Source: the human T2T-CHM13v2.0 reference genome, Homo sapiens. Taken from it: a stretch of DNA of 64,000 nucleotides. Made by a program: the position numbers and the translations under genes. The stretch spans positions 20,512,001-20,576,000 of the forward strand of contig CP068257.2 in NCBI GenBank assembly GCA_009914755.4, in the 5' to 3' direction. Positions 25,746 through 37,790 of this stretch are shown one piece after another. A model generated the notes under the pieces. It was not told where the DNA came from. It searched no databases and was given only the letters and a program-made list of their open reading frames with translations. The first letter of the stretch is position 1. Each line of letters opens with the position of its first letter.

Positions 25746-27558
25746 TGCAGCCACTAAGGTCTCTGGTCAGGTTTTTTAAAGATTATTTTCACTTTTATTA
25801 TAAATTGCCAGGTGTTGCCACTTATTTAGTAAAGCTTAGGGTTCAGCCAGTGATCAGATGTTGTGATTGAATCCTGTGAGCCAAAAAGGCACCAACCCTT
25901 TGCCAATACAAGTGTATTGGATGATAAGTTCTTTCAAGACTTAGACAATTTACAAGATTGTGTCATCATTTTTTCCATCTTTTACATTTACTAGATCTTG
26001 TGTTCAGTAAAGGATGAACTACTCACTAAGTTTCTTTGTTATGTATCCTGAGCTTGTGTGAAGCCTTTTACATACACACAGGTGTCCAACAAAGGATAGA
26101 ACTATATCATGGCTCTCTTGTCTTCTTAGTTGCCTAACATCTCCCTGTTAAATTTTTGGCAGGTCTGCTAAACTTTTGCTTTTCTCAACCAGTATTGAGA
26201 TCTTAACTTACCTGCAAAGTTAGCCTTCCATGATTATTTCCACGGGTATCACTAGTTTTGTTTACAGTATTTCTGAGCATGGGATTTTTCCATCCTCCGC
26301 CTTCCACTTAGACTACCCTACATGCAAGGCTGCCATCCCTATTTTCCTGCTCTACTTAAATATAAACCATGGATCAGAGAGTGGGTGGACATATAAGCAG
26401 CAAAAGGTGAAAATACCTCAGACTCCCAATGGTTTTACAGATGTTCAAGAGATAATCATAAGCAAATGCATTTTAATGTTGTGTATGCCTTAGGTCTTTT
26501 TCAGAAACATCAAATGATAGTTTTTGAGAATCTTATTTAGTTTAATTATAATTTTTTGGAAAAAAGATGCACATTGACCTCAATTTTGCCATACTATAAT
26601 TTTGTTGTATACATTTTTATTATCCTGTATTTTTTCCTTTACATTCTCTAGAAATATCAAATGTACCTTCATCATCAATAGTACCTATATTTCCATCATC
26701 TTCACAGCTCTTGGTGTCTAATATATCTAATATTTATTGATGTATTCTGAGAGTATAGAAAATAAATTACAATTTAGCTATGCAAATTAACCAGCTATTT
26801 CTGGCAAAATATTAAAAATAGTGTCTGAAATAAATCATCTTAGGCAACTCATATTTGTATCTAGAAAATTTATATCTAAATAACTTCAGGAAACAGGAGA
26901 CAGTTTGAAAATGAGAAGCACTGACCCAAAGCAATACATGTTGGTCATAAAATACCAGTGAGTGATTTTGTTAACAATTCTAGTAGCATAATTTTAAAAT
27001 GTACTTGAAAGATGATAATATACCTTTGTGCCATTATTCTTATACAATAAATGATGTAATGAACAACACCAACTACTATCATTGTAAGAGAAAATTCAGT
27101 TAAACAAATGCTTTCCAAAATGGCTTTTTGACTCAACTTAACCGTGATAAATTTGGGTTCTCTTAATGTTGTAAGAGTTTTGACACAAATCAGCATACTC
27201 AAACTGAGTAACCTGAGAATCATTAATAAAAGGGGATTAAGATAATAGCAGAGTACAGGGAAACTGCAAGGACAGTTTAGTAACTCAGCAGTAGGCCTAA
27301 AGGTTAAGACAGGGGTAAGTTACCTAAACTACATAAAGATATCTGCATGGTGAAAGCCTTCTGTCTGGAATTCTGAATTTTCATGGAGAGAGCCAGGAAC
27401 ACGAATACAGAAAAAAAGAAGAGAACTTATATAAAAATTCCAATTTTCTACTAAATAATGGTACATATTATGTATATATATATTTTGAGTAAAACATGTT
27501 AATACATGTAAACATATATCATTCAGGGGGAAAAGTGAAATGAATTTTAATTAATAAA

Positions 27559-28760
27559 TTTTATTTTCTTGAAGCGCTTTCAGGTTCACAGCAAAATTGA
27601 GTACAGAGGGTTCCCATATGCACCTTGTCCCCACAGATACACAACCTACATGACTATCAACATGCTATACCACCATAGTAAATTTATCACAATCAAGAAA
27701 TCAATGTTGGCACATTATTTTTACATACAGTTTATAGTTTGTATTAGGAGTCACTCTTAGTTTTGTACATTCTATTCATTTTGACAAATGTATATTAACA
27801 TGTTTCCATCATTGTTTCATCACACAGAACAGTTTCTCTTCCCTAAAAATCCTGTTCTCTGCCTATTTATCCCTCCCTTTACCCTAACCCATGGTAGTTT
27901 TTTAATGTCTTCATAGTTTCACCTTTTCTCGAATGCCTTATAGTTGGAGTCATATAGTATGTAGCCTTTTTAGATTGATTCCATTCACTTAATTAAATGC
28001 ATTAAAATTTTCTCCATGCCATTTGATATTTTGACAGCTCATTTCTTTTGGCACTGAATAATACTCCATTGCCTGGAGGTACCAGGATTTCTTTATCTAT
28101 TCACCTGCTGAAGGACATCCTGATTGCTTCCAAGTTTTGGCAATTGTGAATAAAGCTGCTATAAACATTTATATGCAGATTTTGTGTAGAGATAAGTTTT
28201 CAATTCATTTTTGTAAATACCAAGGAGCATGATTGGTGGATCATATGGTTAGAACACGTTTAGTTTTACAAGACACTTTCAAAATGTCTTCAAAGGTAGC
28301 CGTATCATTTTGTATACCCACCATCAATAATTGAGAGTTCTTGTTGCTTCACATCCCGATCAGCAATTAGTGTTTTCAGTGTTTTGGATTTTAGTCATTC
28401 TAATAGATGTGTAGTGGTATCTTGTTTGTTTGTTTTTCTTTAATTTGAAATTCCCTAATGCCATATTATGTTAAGCATAGTTTCATATGTTTACTTGTGA
28501 TCTGTATGTCTTGTTTGGTGAGGTGACTGTTCAGAGTGTTTGCTCATTTATTAATTAGTCTCGTCTTTTTTTATTGTTAAGAGGGTTTTTCTTTTGTATA
28601 TTTTGAATAGCAGTCCTTTAACAGATGTGTCTTTTTCAAATATTTTTTTTTCCCAGATTGTGGCTTGTCTTACTCTCTTGAGAAATGTTGTTTCTAAAAT
28701 TTCAAACATCTGCAGCTCTATTTTCTCAAAATAATAATCTATTCTAGTTATGAACATTAT
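27559..28760 (-). mobile_element. L1M (L1MA/L1MB-type) 3' end: ORF2 C-terminus plus 3'UTR, antisense
   Basis: ttttattttcttgaagcgctttcaggttcacagcaaaattgagtacagagggttcccatatgcacc...cctaaaaatcctgttctctgcctatttatccctcccttt...gaataatactccattgcctggaggtaccaggatttctttatctattcacctgctgaaggacatcctgattgcttccaagttttggcaattgtgaataaagctgctataaacat matches the reverse-complement L1M 3' consensus. Confidence 0.8.
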
Positions 28761-29124
28761 TTTTCATTCTATTCTCCAATAGCCAATGTCCAACTCATTA
28801 TTATTTTTACCTAGGACTAGTTCTTTAAATCAAGATCTGTAGAGAAAAGTATTTTGAAGTCAAAGAGAGCTCCTTTTTTTCTGTTTATTATGCTTGGGTT
28901 CTTAACAGAAATAAAAGAACAATATTCAACACAAATGCTCCCTGGTGATCTTTTGAAATAATTTTAGAAATTCCTTTAAAATAACACGTTAAAGAAAAAA
29001 AATCACATTTTAATACTCACTGAAGACTCTAAAATTCCTTTTTTGGCTTCAAAATTATATGTGTAAATGGCAAGAATAGTTTCTGAAAATGACAAATGGA
29101 TATGTTTTAGGGGTCATATATATA

Positions 29125-29152
29125 TATATATATACACACTATGTTTGGAGGC
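29125..29152. repeat. (TA)n microsatellite
   Basis: atatatatatatatatacacac visible in the sequence. Confidence 0.9.
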
Positions 29153-29842
29153 ATGAAAACATTTATTTGTAAGCAAATATATGCAAGAATAATTTTGTGA
29201 CGTTTAACTACCTTCGTGTTCAATAAACCACAGCAATTACTCCATCACAAGATTTAATAATTATAGTACAAGTTAAAGGTTCTGTATGGTTAATTAACCA
29301 CTAAATGAATAATAGCATTTTTTAAAAATTTCAAACCTTTCTGAGGTAACAGAATATAAACAGTAACCCGCACCCCCCGCAATTTTCCTAAAAATATTTT
29401 GTCTGAATTTGTACAAATAAACATAAAATGTAAACCTAGGTGAAGTTTTTCATTGTGAGCTATCTATTATATATTCTTGCCATTCTGCAGTCATCATAGT
29501 GTTAAATTCTAGGAAATATGAGTTGTTATTTATTTTCTAAAAATGCTTATTTATGATTCTTAATTACTTTTGTGTTTTATTATATAATAGCTTCCCATGG
29601 TTATGTTATCTGTACGTAGTGAAATGTGATCAAAAAAGTTTGATTACAATACAAATGTAAAATGTGATATAGATCTTGTTTAACTGAACATTTTAATGTG
29701 TTATTTGTTATAGAAATAAAAGTCAAAGCTAATGGGGATAGCATTATATAGACTTAGTAGGATGAGATAAACCAAATGGACTACTTAAGCTGTAGCCTAT
29801 ATCAATGTTGTACATTAAATAGTATATAACTTTTATGTGACT

Positions 29843-30250
29843 GATATAGTTTGTATGTTCTTACCCTCCAAATGTTGAAATGGGTTCACCAATGTTGGAC
29901 GTGGGCCTAGTGGGTGGTTTTTGTGTCATGAGAGCAGATCCCTCATGAGTGGCTTGGTCTTACCATTGTAATTGGTCCCACCATTGTAATGAGTTCACAT
30001 GAGATCTGGTTGTTAAAAAGTCTGGAGACCTCCCTCTTCTCTCTCTTGCTTCCTCTCCCACCATGTATCATGCCTGCTCCCCTTCATATTGTGTCATGAG
30101 TAAAAGCTTCCTGAGGCCTCACCTGAAGCTGAAGACATGCTTGTGCCATGGTTATACAGCCTGCAGAATCATGAGCCAAATAAACCCGTTTGGCTATGAA
30201 TTTCCCAGCTTCATGTATTCCTTTATAGCAACACAAAATGGACTAATACA
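29843..30250 (+). mobile_element. MST-type (MSTA-like) MaLR solo LTR
   Basis: tgatatagtttgtatgttcttaccctccaaatgttgaaatgggttcaccaatgttggacgtgggcctagtgggtgg...cagcctgcagaatcatgagccaaataaacccgtttggctatgaatttcccagcttcatgtattcctttatagcaacacaaaatggactaataca matches the MSTA consensus layout. Confidence 0.75.
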
Positions 30251-30844
30251 GCTACTACATGTGATGGTTGTTTATCAGTCTAAAATTCACTGACCTATTG
30301 ACAGCATCTGCAAACCTTGAGGTTTTTCTTCTCTCTCCCTTTCACCATTTTGTTTCCAAGAGACAACATTCTCTTGCTTAACCTTAATATTTACAGCCCA
30401 TACTCTTCCCTCACACTAGTCTCTTTACTCTTTATCTCTGTGAATCCTAATAGTCAAGTGTCTCATCAGTAATTCCATATACGATGACTCCCTAATTGAT
30501 CTCATTTTCTCTTGTTGCTTTATAAAGCATCTGTATGCTGATTTCATTGAAAGGTAATTCTCCATGAATATTTTCACCTTTAGTCATAGTCTGGGCTTTC
30601 TGAGAAAACAGCATTGACAAATGTGGCTTAAAGATGATTCAGTAGTAAACATGTTATGTGTGGTAGGTGGAATAATACCAAAAATGTCAGTTTGCTATTC
30701 TTGGTAATTTGTAAATTTTTTGTATTACATAACAAAAGGAAAATTAAAATGAGATTGACATTACTAATCAGATGATCTCAAAATATAGAGATTATCCTGT
30801 ACTATTTGGGTGGGCTCAGTATAATCTTGAGGGTCTGTAAATGT

Positions 30845-33242
30845 TGAAATGGTTTGAATTTATGTCCCCACCCAAATCTCATGTTGAATTGTAATCCCCA
30901 GTGTTGAAGGAGGGGCCTGGTCTTAGGAAAATGGATCTTGGGGGAGAATTTCCCCTTTGCTATTCTCATGATAGTGAGTGAGTTCTCACAAGATCTCTTT
31001 CTTTAAAGTATGTAGCTACACCTCCTCCCACAACCTTCACTCTCTTCCTCCTACTTCAGCCATGTAGGATGTGCCTGCTTCCCCTTCACCTTTTACCATG
31101 ACTAAATCTTCTGAGGTCTCCTTAGCCATGCTTCCTGTACGGTCTGTGGAATTGTCACCCAATTGAACTTCTTTTTCTAAATATATACATGACCAAGCCT
31201 CAGGTAGTCCTTTATAGCAATGCAAGAATAAACTAATATAGAAAATTTGTACTGGGAAGTGAGGCATTGCTATAGCGATACCAGAAAATGTGGTAGTAGC
31301 TTTGGAACTAGGTAACAAGCAGTAGTTGGAACAGTTTGGAGGGCTCAGAAGAAGACAGGAGGATGAGCGAAAGTCTGGAACTTCCTAGAGACTTCTTAAA
31401 TTGTTGTGACCAAAATGTTGATAGTGCTATGGATGATGAATTCCAAGCTAACTTGGTCTCAGATGGAGATGAAGAACTTACTGGGAATTAGAGTAAAGAT
31501 CACTTTTGTTATATATTAGCAAAGAGACTGGTGACATAGTGCCCTGCTCTAGGGATCTGTGAACTTGAGAGAGATGGTTTAGGGTATCTGGCAGAATAAA
31601 TTTTTAAGCAGCAAAGCATTCAAAAAGTGTCTTGGCTTCTTCTAACAGCATATGCTCATATCCATGAGCAAAGAGATGATCTGAAACTGGAACTTATATT
31701 TAATAAATAAGCAGAGTCTAAAAGTTTGGCAAATTAACAGCATGACCATTTGCTAGAAAATAAAAACCTATATTCTGGGGAGGAATTCAAGCTTGCCTGA
31801 GAAATTTGCATAAGTAAAGAGGAGCCAAATGTTAATTACCAAGAAAATGGGGAAAATGCCTCAAAGGCATTTCAGAGACCTTCAGGGAAGCCTCTACTAT
31901 CACAGACCTGGAGGCCTAAGTGGGAAGAATCATTTTGTGGGCTGGGCCCAGAGACACACTGCCCTGTGCAACCTTAGGAAACTGCTCCTTATGTCCCAAC
32001 CACTCTAGCTACAGCCATGGATAAAAGTACCCCAGATAAATGTCAGGCTGCTGCTCCATTTGTTGCCAAACATAAACCTTGGTAGACTTTTACGTGGTGT
32101 TAAGCTTGAGGATACACAGAGGGCGAGAGTTGAGGCTTGGGAGACTCTGCCTAGATTTCAGAGGATGTGTGAATATGCCTAGACGTCCAGGCAGAAGTCT
32201 GGTACAGAGCCAGAGCTCTCACAGAAAACCCCTGCAAGGGCAGTGCAGAAAGAAAATGTGGGCTTGGAGCCCCTACACAGAGTCCCCACTGGGACACTGT
32301 GTGGAGTTGTGAAAAGAGAGCCACTGTCCTTCAGACCCTGGAATTATAGATGCACTGGCAGCTTGCACTATGTGCTTGGAAAAGCTACAGACACTCAACA
32401 TCAGCCCTTGAAAGCCACCATGGGATCTGAGTCCCACAGAGCCACAGGGGTACAGCTACCCAAGGCTTTGGGAGCCCACCCCTTGCATTAGTGTGGCCTG
32501 GATGTGATGACACATGGGGTCAAAGATTATTTTGGAGCTTTAGGATTTAATGACTGCCTTGCTGGGGGTTGGACTTTCGTGGGGCCTGTAGCCCCTTTGT
32601 TTTGGCTGATTTCTCCCTTTTGAAATGGGTGTATTTACCCAATGCTTTTACCCCCATTGTATCTTTGAAGTAACTAACTTGCTTTTTATTTTAGAGGCTC
32701 ATGGGTGGAAGGAACTTGCCTTGTCTTGGATGAGACTTTGGACTGTGAACTTTTAAATTAATGCTGAAATGAGTTAAGATGTGCGGGACTGTTGAGAAGG
32801 GATGATTACATTTTGTAACGTGAGAAGGACATGAGATTTGGGAGGGGTCAGTGGTGGAATGATATGATTTGGATTTGTGTCACCTCCCAAATTACACATT
32901 ACATCGTAAGCCCCAATGTTAGAGTTGGGGCCTGGTGGGAGGCAATTGGATCATGAAGGTGGATTTCCCCTTTGATGCTGTTCTTGTGATAGTAAGTAAG
33001 TTATCATGAGATCAGGTTGTTTAAAAGTGTGTAGGACCTCCTGCCCCTTTCTCTTCCTCCCGTAAGATGTACCTCCTTCCCCTTCACCTTCTGCCATGAT
33101 TGTAAATAAGTTTCCTGAGGTCTCCCCAGCCATGTTTCCTGTACAACTTGCAAAACTGTGTCAATTAAACTTCTTTTTTTAAAAAAATAAATTATCCAGC
33201 CTTGGGTAGTTATTTATAGCAATGTGTGAACAGACTAATATA
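30845..33242 (+). mobile_element. Second full-length THE1-type MaLR retroelement. 5' LTR ~30845-31240, THE1-int ~31241-32861, 3' LTR ~32862-33242.
   Basis: The LTR starts tgaaatggtttgaatttatgtccccacccaaatctcatgttgaattgtaatcccc. The internal region gaaaatttgtactgggaagtgaggcattgctatagcgataccagaaaatgtggtagtagctttggaactaggtaacaagc... is paralogous to 2984-4632. The 3' LTR starts tgatatgatttggatttgtgtcacctcccaaattacacatt and ends gtgtgaacagactaatata. Confidence 0.85.
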
Positions 33243-33277
33243 ACTGTGCAAAAGAAAGACATAGAAGTCAGTGTTAG

Positions 33278-33900
33278 GCAAGATGGCCAAATAGGAACAG
33301 CTCTTGTCTGCAGTTGCCAGTGAGACCAACACAAAAGGCTGGTGATTTCTGCATTTCCAACTGAGGTACCCAGTTCATCTCATTGGGACTCGTTACGTAG
33401 CGGGTGCAGTCTACGGTGGGCAAGCAGAAACAGGGTGGGGCTCTGCCTCACCCAAACGTGCAAGGAGCCGGGGACCTCCCTCCCCCAGCCAAGGGAAGCT
33501 GTGAGGGACCGTGCTATCCAGCGGAGATACTATATTTTTCCCATGGTTTTTGCAATCTGCAGACCAGGAGATTCCCTTGTGTTCCTACACCACCAGGGCC
33601 CTGGATTTCAAGCACAAAACTGGGCAGTTGTTTGGGCAGACACCAAGCTAGCTGCATGAGGTTTTCCCTTTTCATACTTCAGTGGTGCCTGGAACTCCAG
33701 CAAGAGAGAACCATTTACTCCTGTGGAAAGGGGGATGAAGCCAGGGAGCCAAGTGGTCTCACTCAGTGGGTCCCACTCCCACAGAGCCCAGCAAGCTAAG
33801 AACCACTGGCTGGACATTCTCGTTGCCAGCACAGCCGTCTGAAGTTGACCTGGGACGATCAAGCTTGGTGGGGGAAGGGGTGTCTGCCATTACTGAGGCT
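33278..33900 (+). mobile_element. L1 5'UTR fragment (primate L1PA/L1PB-type), truncated at its 3' side. No ORF1 or ORF2 follows.
   Basis: ggcaagatggccaaataggaacagctcttgtctgcagttgccagtgagaccaacacaaaaggctggtgatttctgcatttccaactgaggtacccagttcatctcattgggactcg matches the L1 5'UTR start (ggagccaagatggccgaataggaacagctcc...gtgatttctgcatttccatctgaggtaccgggttcatctcactaggga). Confidence 0.75.
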
Positions 33901-35067
33901 TGAGTAGGCAGTTTTCCCATACCATTTCTGCAAAAATTTGTGGGTTAAGAAGAATGTTGGGTAGAAACAGCCAAGGTCATGTGTGTGACTTCAACCTTTT
34001 ATTTTACTTTACTTTTCTCTGTCATGGTGGTTAATAGGTATAAAAATGAATAGTATTATTACTCTTAAGAATGAAATCAAGGCAATTTGATAAGAATATG
34101 GAAATGCATGACATTTTGTGACAGACATTTTGTCTATTAGCCTTTATTCTTTTTTTTAGTGAGTGTATTACATTATTTGCATATTTAGTGTAAAGATAAT
34201 AGGTTTTATCTACGGTGAAACTCTTTTTGATAATTTATCCATAATTGAATTCGGCTCTTAGTTGGTATCTTGTGTGTATGTAAGTTTGTGTAGTTTAGCA
34301 TCCTTGTATTATATTGCATGGGTTACTGCTTCAAAAAATTATGCGCCAAGGAGATAAATGTCAAGCTCAAAAAGTTCAAATTCTTAATTAAATCACCTGC
34401 CTTTTTTTCTCAGACACAGTGCATAGCAAATGGTCCAAATTTTAAGCAACACTGAGTTACTCTCTTCAATTTGACTAGCTTTGTTTTTTAGCTGCAAAAT
34501 CTTCTTAGACTTAACAATATTTAACAAAAATGTATTGTGTGATACATTTACTTTTGGAGTGTGTGATCACTGTCAGTTGTATGATATTTTGCAGTATTTT
34601 CAGAGAAGTGTTGTATATTAACAATGATTGTATCCTTAAGTTGAATGATTGAATAATTGTCTTTTAGAAGTGATTTGGAAATAGTAAAATGAATGTGAGT
34701 TGACAGATACCAGTGATTTTAACAAGCCATTCAGAAACTACTCCATGTGATTTACGTGAGCTTTAACCCCTCAGTTTTAATGTGAGCTCAACTGAATGGC
34801 CAAATATATTGCAATCATTTATATATTGCAATCCCCTGGGATTCTAGAGTTTAAAAAATATAGGATTGTTCTCTTAGTGCTAGACGGTTAAATCCTTTAG
34901 AGAATGTACAATAACTTTTTTAATAAGAGCAGTGGTGACTACATCAAACCTACTGTGGAGTAAGCTGTTCCTATAATCATTGAGTAAATTAAAATTTATG
35001 AATTTATGAGTTTTATCTAATACACGAAACAGATAATGAATACATTAAGTACATATTGTCTCTATAC

Positions 35068-35420
35068 AGTTGTCCCTTGATATCCATGGAAGATTGTTTC
35101 CAGGATTCCCCATGGATACCAAAATTCACAGATGCTCAAGTCCTTTATATAAAATGATATCATATTTGCATATAACCTATGCAGATCCTCTCATACACTT
35201 TAAATAATCTCTGGGCCACTTATAATACTTAATGAGATATAAATTCGATGTAAATAGTTGATAAATGGTATTATTTAGGGATTAAGGACAAGAACAAAAT
35301 GTCTATACATGTTCAGTACAGACGCAACCACCTATCTCTTTTTTTTCCCTGAACATTTTCTATCCCTGTGGGTTTTGTGGTTGAATCCATGGATTCATGG
35401 AACCTATGGAGGGCTAACTG
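35068..35420. mobile_element. Tigger-like (pogo/TcMar) non-autonomous DNA transposon (MITE) with ~25-bp terminal inverted repeats
   Basis: The left end cagttgtcccttgatatccatggaag and the reverse complement of the right end (cagttagccctccataggttccatgaatccatgg) are mutually similar. Both resemble the CAGT...GGCCCTCCGTATCCGCGG termini of a known human MITE family. A TA dinucleotide lies immediately 5' of the left end. Confidence 0.45.
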
Positions 35421-35839
35421 CATTGGCTTCCCTGTATCCTTTGAGAAACTGCTTCTCCTTTGCTCCATATAATTAGGGTGAAGCCGCAAGTCCTATGATC
35501 CTGCCTTTCATGTCGTGAAGATGCATATAAGACCCACGTTGGCCTATCTGTGTCAATTCCATCTCCTTGGATACGTGATTGTGTGGCGATGGGGATTAGT
35601 AAGTGACTAAGCAAAGCCAGAAAGCTTTCACTGATTAAGAATGCTAAAGACGTTGTCTGAATGAAGCGACAAATATCAGTTTTAAAATTTAGAACAAACT
35701 GCCTAACAGGTTAGTATAGAACAAATCAGACCTTATGAAGAGAGAAGTGTAAGGGTATGAGAATATGTGTGCAGTTATGTGCGTGCATGTGCATATAGAC
35801 TTGTGTGAGTTTGGCTGAAGGGTAAATATTTGATGATAC

Positions 35840-36200
35840 TTTCTTTGTTCACACTGCTTGAACGAACTACCACAAGTTGGTAGCTTATAAATGACAGCAA
35901 CTTATTTCTCAAAGTTCTGAAATCTGGGAAGTTCAAGGTCAAGGTGCTGGTGAGTATTAATTCTTCAATGACCGAGATTTTGTTGTGTTTTTACATAATG
36001 AAAAGGGCACACAAGCTTGCTTGGGCCTCTTTTATTAGATCACTGATATCATCCATAAGGGATTCACCCTCATGATATAATCAACTCCCAAAGCTCCCAC
36101 CTTTTAAAACTATCACACTGGGAATTAGGTTTCAAGGTAGGAATTTTGGGGTGATGCAAACATTCAGACCATAGTAAGACTATTTGATTTTAATTCTGTT
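35840..36200 (-). mobile_element. MaLR/ERVL-type LTR fragment (MLT-like), antisense
   Basis: actaccacaagttggtagcttataaatgacagcaacttatttctcaaagttctgaaatctgggaagttcaaggtcaaggtgctgg ... gggaattaggtttcaaggtaggaattttggggtgatgcaaacattcagaccatag matches the antisense MLT/MER LTR pattern (taccacaaactgggtggcttaaa...ttctggaggccagaagtccaaaatcaaggtgtc...). Confidence 0.45.
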
Positions 36201-36214
36201 TTGGATTAATCCAT

Positions 36215-36745
36215 TTCTTTTATTTTATTGTAGATTACTACAAGCTTAAGATGAGCACTGTCCTCCTAATTACTTACAAGTGTACAGAATAATATTGCTG
36301 AGTGTAGGTATGATGTTTTTCAGCAGATCTCTAGAGCTTGTTCATCTTGCTTGACTAAAACTTCACAACTGTCGATTGGTACTCCCCATGTTTTTTCCCC
36401 CAGCCCCTAGTAAACACCAATCTACTCTCAATTTGATTAATTTAGATAACACATATAAGTGAAATCACAATATATTTGTCTTTTTGTAGTGAACTTATTT
36501 CACTTATAGGTTTTCAGGTTCATCCATTTGTTGTCTATGCAGAATATTTTCTTTTTTTGACTGAATAATATTCTTTTGCATACATATGCTGCATTTTCTT
36601 TATCTACTCATCTGTCAATGGACATTTGGGGTGTTTCTATATCTTGGCTATGGTGAATAATACTGCAATAAATATAGAAGTACACATATCTCTCTGAGAT
36701 CTTGATTTTAATTCTTTTAGATAAATATTCAGTATATACCCAAAG
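36215..36745 (-). mobile_element. Old L1M-type 3' region (left part), antisense, interrupted by a young L1
   Basis: ccccagcccctagtaaacaccaatctactctcaatttgattaatttagataacacatataagtgaaatcacaatatatttgtctttttgtagtgaacttatttcacttataggttttcaggttcatccatttgttg...ggtgaataatactgcaataaatatag... is the reverse complement of the L1M 3' end (cccctagcccctggcaaccac...ctcatataagtggaatcatacagtatttgtcc). Confidence 0.75.
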
Positions 36746-37260
36746 GACTATAAATCATACTGCTATAAAGACACATGCACACGTATGTTTATTGCGGCAT
36801 TATTCACAATAGCAAAGACTTGGAACCAACCCAAATGTCCAACAATGATAGACTAGATTAAGAAAATGTGGCACATATACACCATGGCATACTATGCAGC
36901 CATAAAAAATGATGAGTTCATGTCCTTTGTAGGGACATGGATGAAATTGGAAATCATCATTCTCGGTAAACTATCGCAAGAACAAAAAACCAAACACCGC
37001 ATATTCTCACTCATAGGTGGGAATTGAACAATGAGATCACATGGACACAAGAAGGGGAACATCACACTCTGGTGACTGTTGTGGGGTGGGGGGACGGGGG
37101 AGGGATAGCATCGGGAGATATACCTAATGCTAGATGAGGAGTTAGTGGGTGCAGCGCACCAGCATGGCACATGTATACATATGTAACTAACCTGCACAAT
37201 GTGCACATGTACCCTAAAACTTAAAGTATAATAATAAAAAAAATAAAAATAAAATTCAAA
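36746..37260 (+). mobile_element. Young 5'-truncated L1 (L1PA-family, close to the L1PA2-5/L1HS consensus) 3' fragment with a poly-A tail, nested in the old L1
   Basis: gactataaatcatactgctataaagacacatgcacacgtatgtttattgcggcattattcacaatagcaaagacttggaaccaacccaaatgtccaacaatgatagactagattaagaaaatgtggcacatatacaccatgg...gggagggatagcatcgggagatatacctaatgctagatgaggagttagtgggtgcagcgcaccagcatggcacatgtatacatatgtaactaacctgcacaatgtgcacatgtaccctaaaacttaaagtataataataaaaaaaataaaaataaaa is within a few percent of young human L1. Confidence 0.9.
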
Positions 37261-37790
37261 AGTGGGATTGCTGGATTATATAATAGTTCTATTTTACAGT
37301 TATGTGGAATATCCATATTGTTTTATATAGCTTCTGTACCATGTTGCCTTCTCACCAACAGTGTGCATGGGTTCTAGTTTCTCTATATCCTTAAAAATAT
37401 TTGCTGTGCTTTTTTTTTTTTTTTACATAATAGCCTTCCTGACATGTCTAAGATGCTATGTCATTGTGCTTTTTATTTGCATTTCCCTGATGAATAGTGA
37501 GGTTGAACATTTTTAAATATACTTATTGGTCATTTGTATGTCTTCTCTGGAGACATGTCTGTTCAAACTTTTCCGTATTTTTAAAACAGATTACTGACTT
37601 ATTTACCATTGCATTGTAGGAGTTCCTTATATACTTTGGAAATTAATTCCTTATTAGAAATATGGTTGGCAAATATTTTACGCTATTTCGTAGGTTGTCT
37701 TTTCACTCCATTGATTGCTTCCTTTCCTGTGCAGTGAATAAAGCCACTTTGATTTAAATTTATGAGTTAAGTTTTTGTTTTGTGTTTTAC
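37261..37790 (-). mobile_element. Old L1M-type ORF2 3' region (right part), antisense, continuing after the young L1 insertion
   Basis: agtgggattgctggattatataatagttctatttt...caccaacagtgtgcatgggttctagtttctctatatcc...cattgtgctttttatttgcatttccctgatgaatagtgaggttgaacatttttaaatatacttattggtcatttgtatgtcttctctggagacatgtctgttcaaac is the reverse complement of L1 ORF2 (gtgggattgctgggtcatatggtagttctatttttag...tcattgtggttttgatttgcatttccctgatg...). Confidence 0.75.

Noticed and set aside
33404-33799. 131-aa ORF, and the 50768-51163 131-aa ORF
   Set aside because: They lie entirely within the L1 5'UTR fragment and the LTR-like insert/L1 3' end respectively. They are GC-richer repeat sequence that happens to lack stops.
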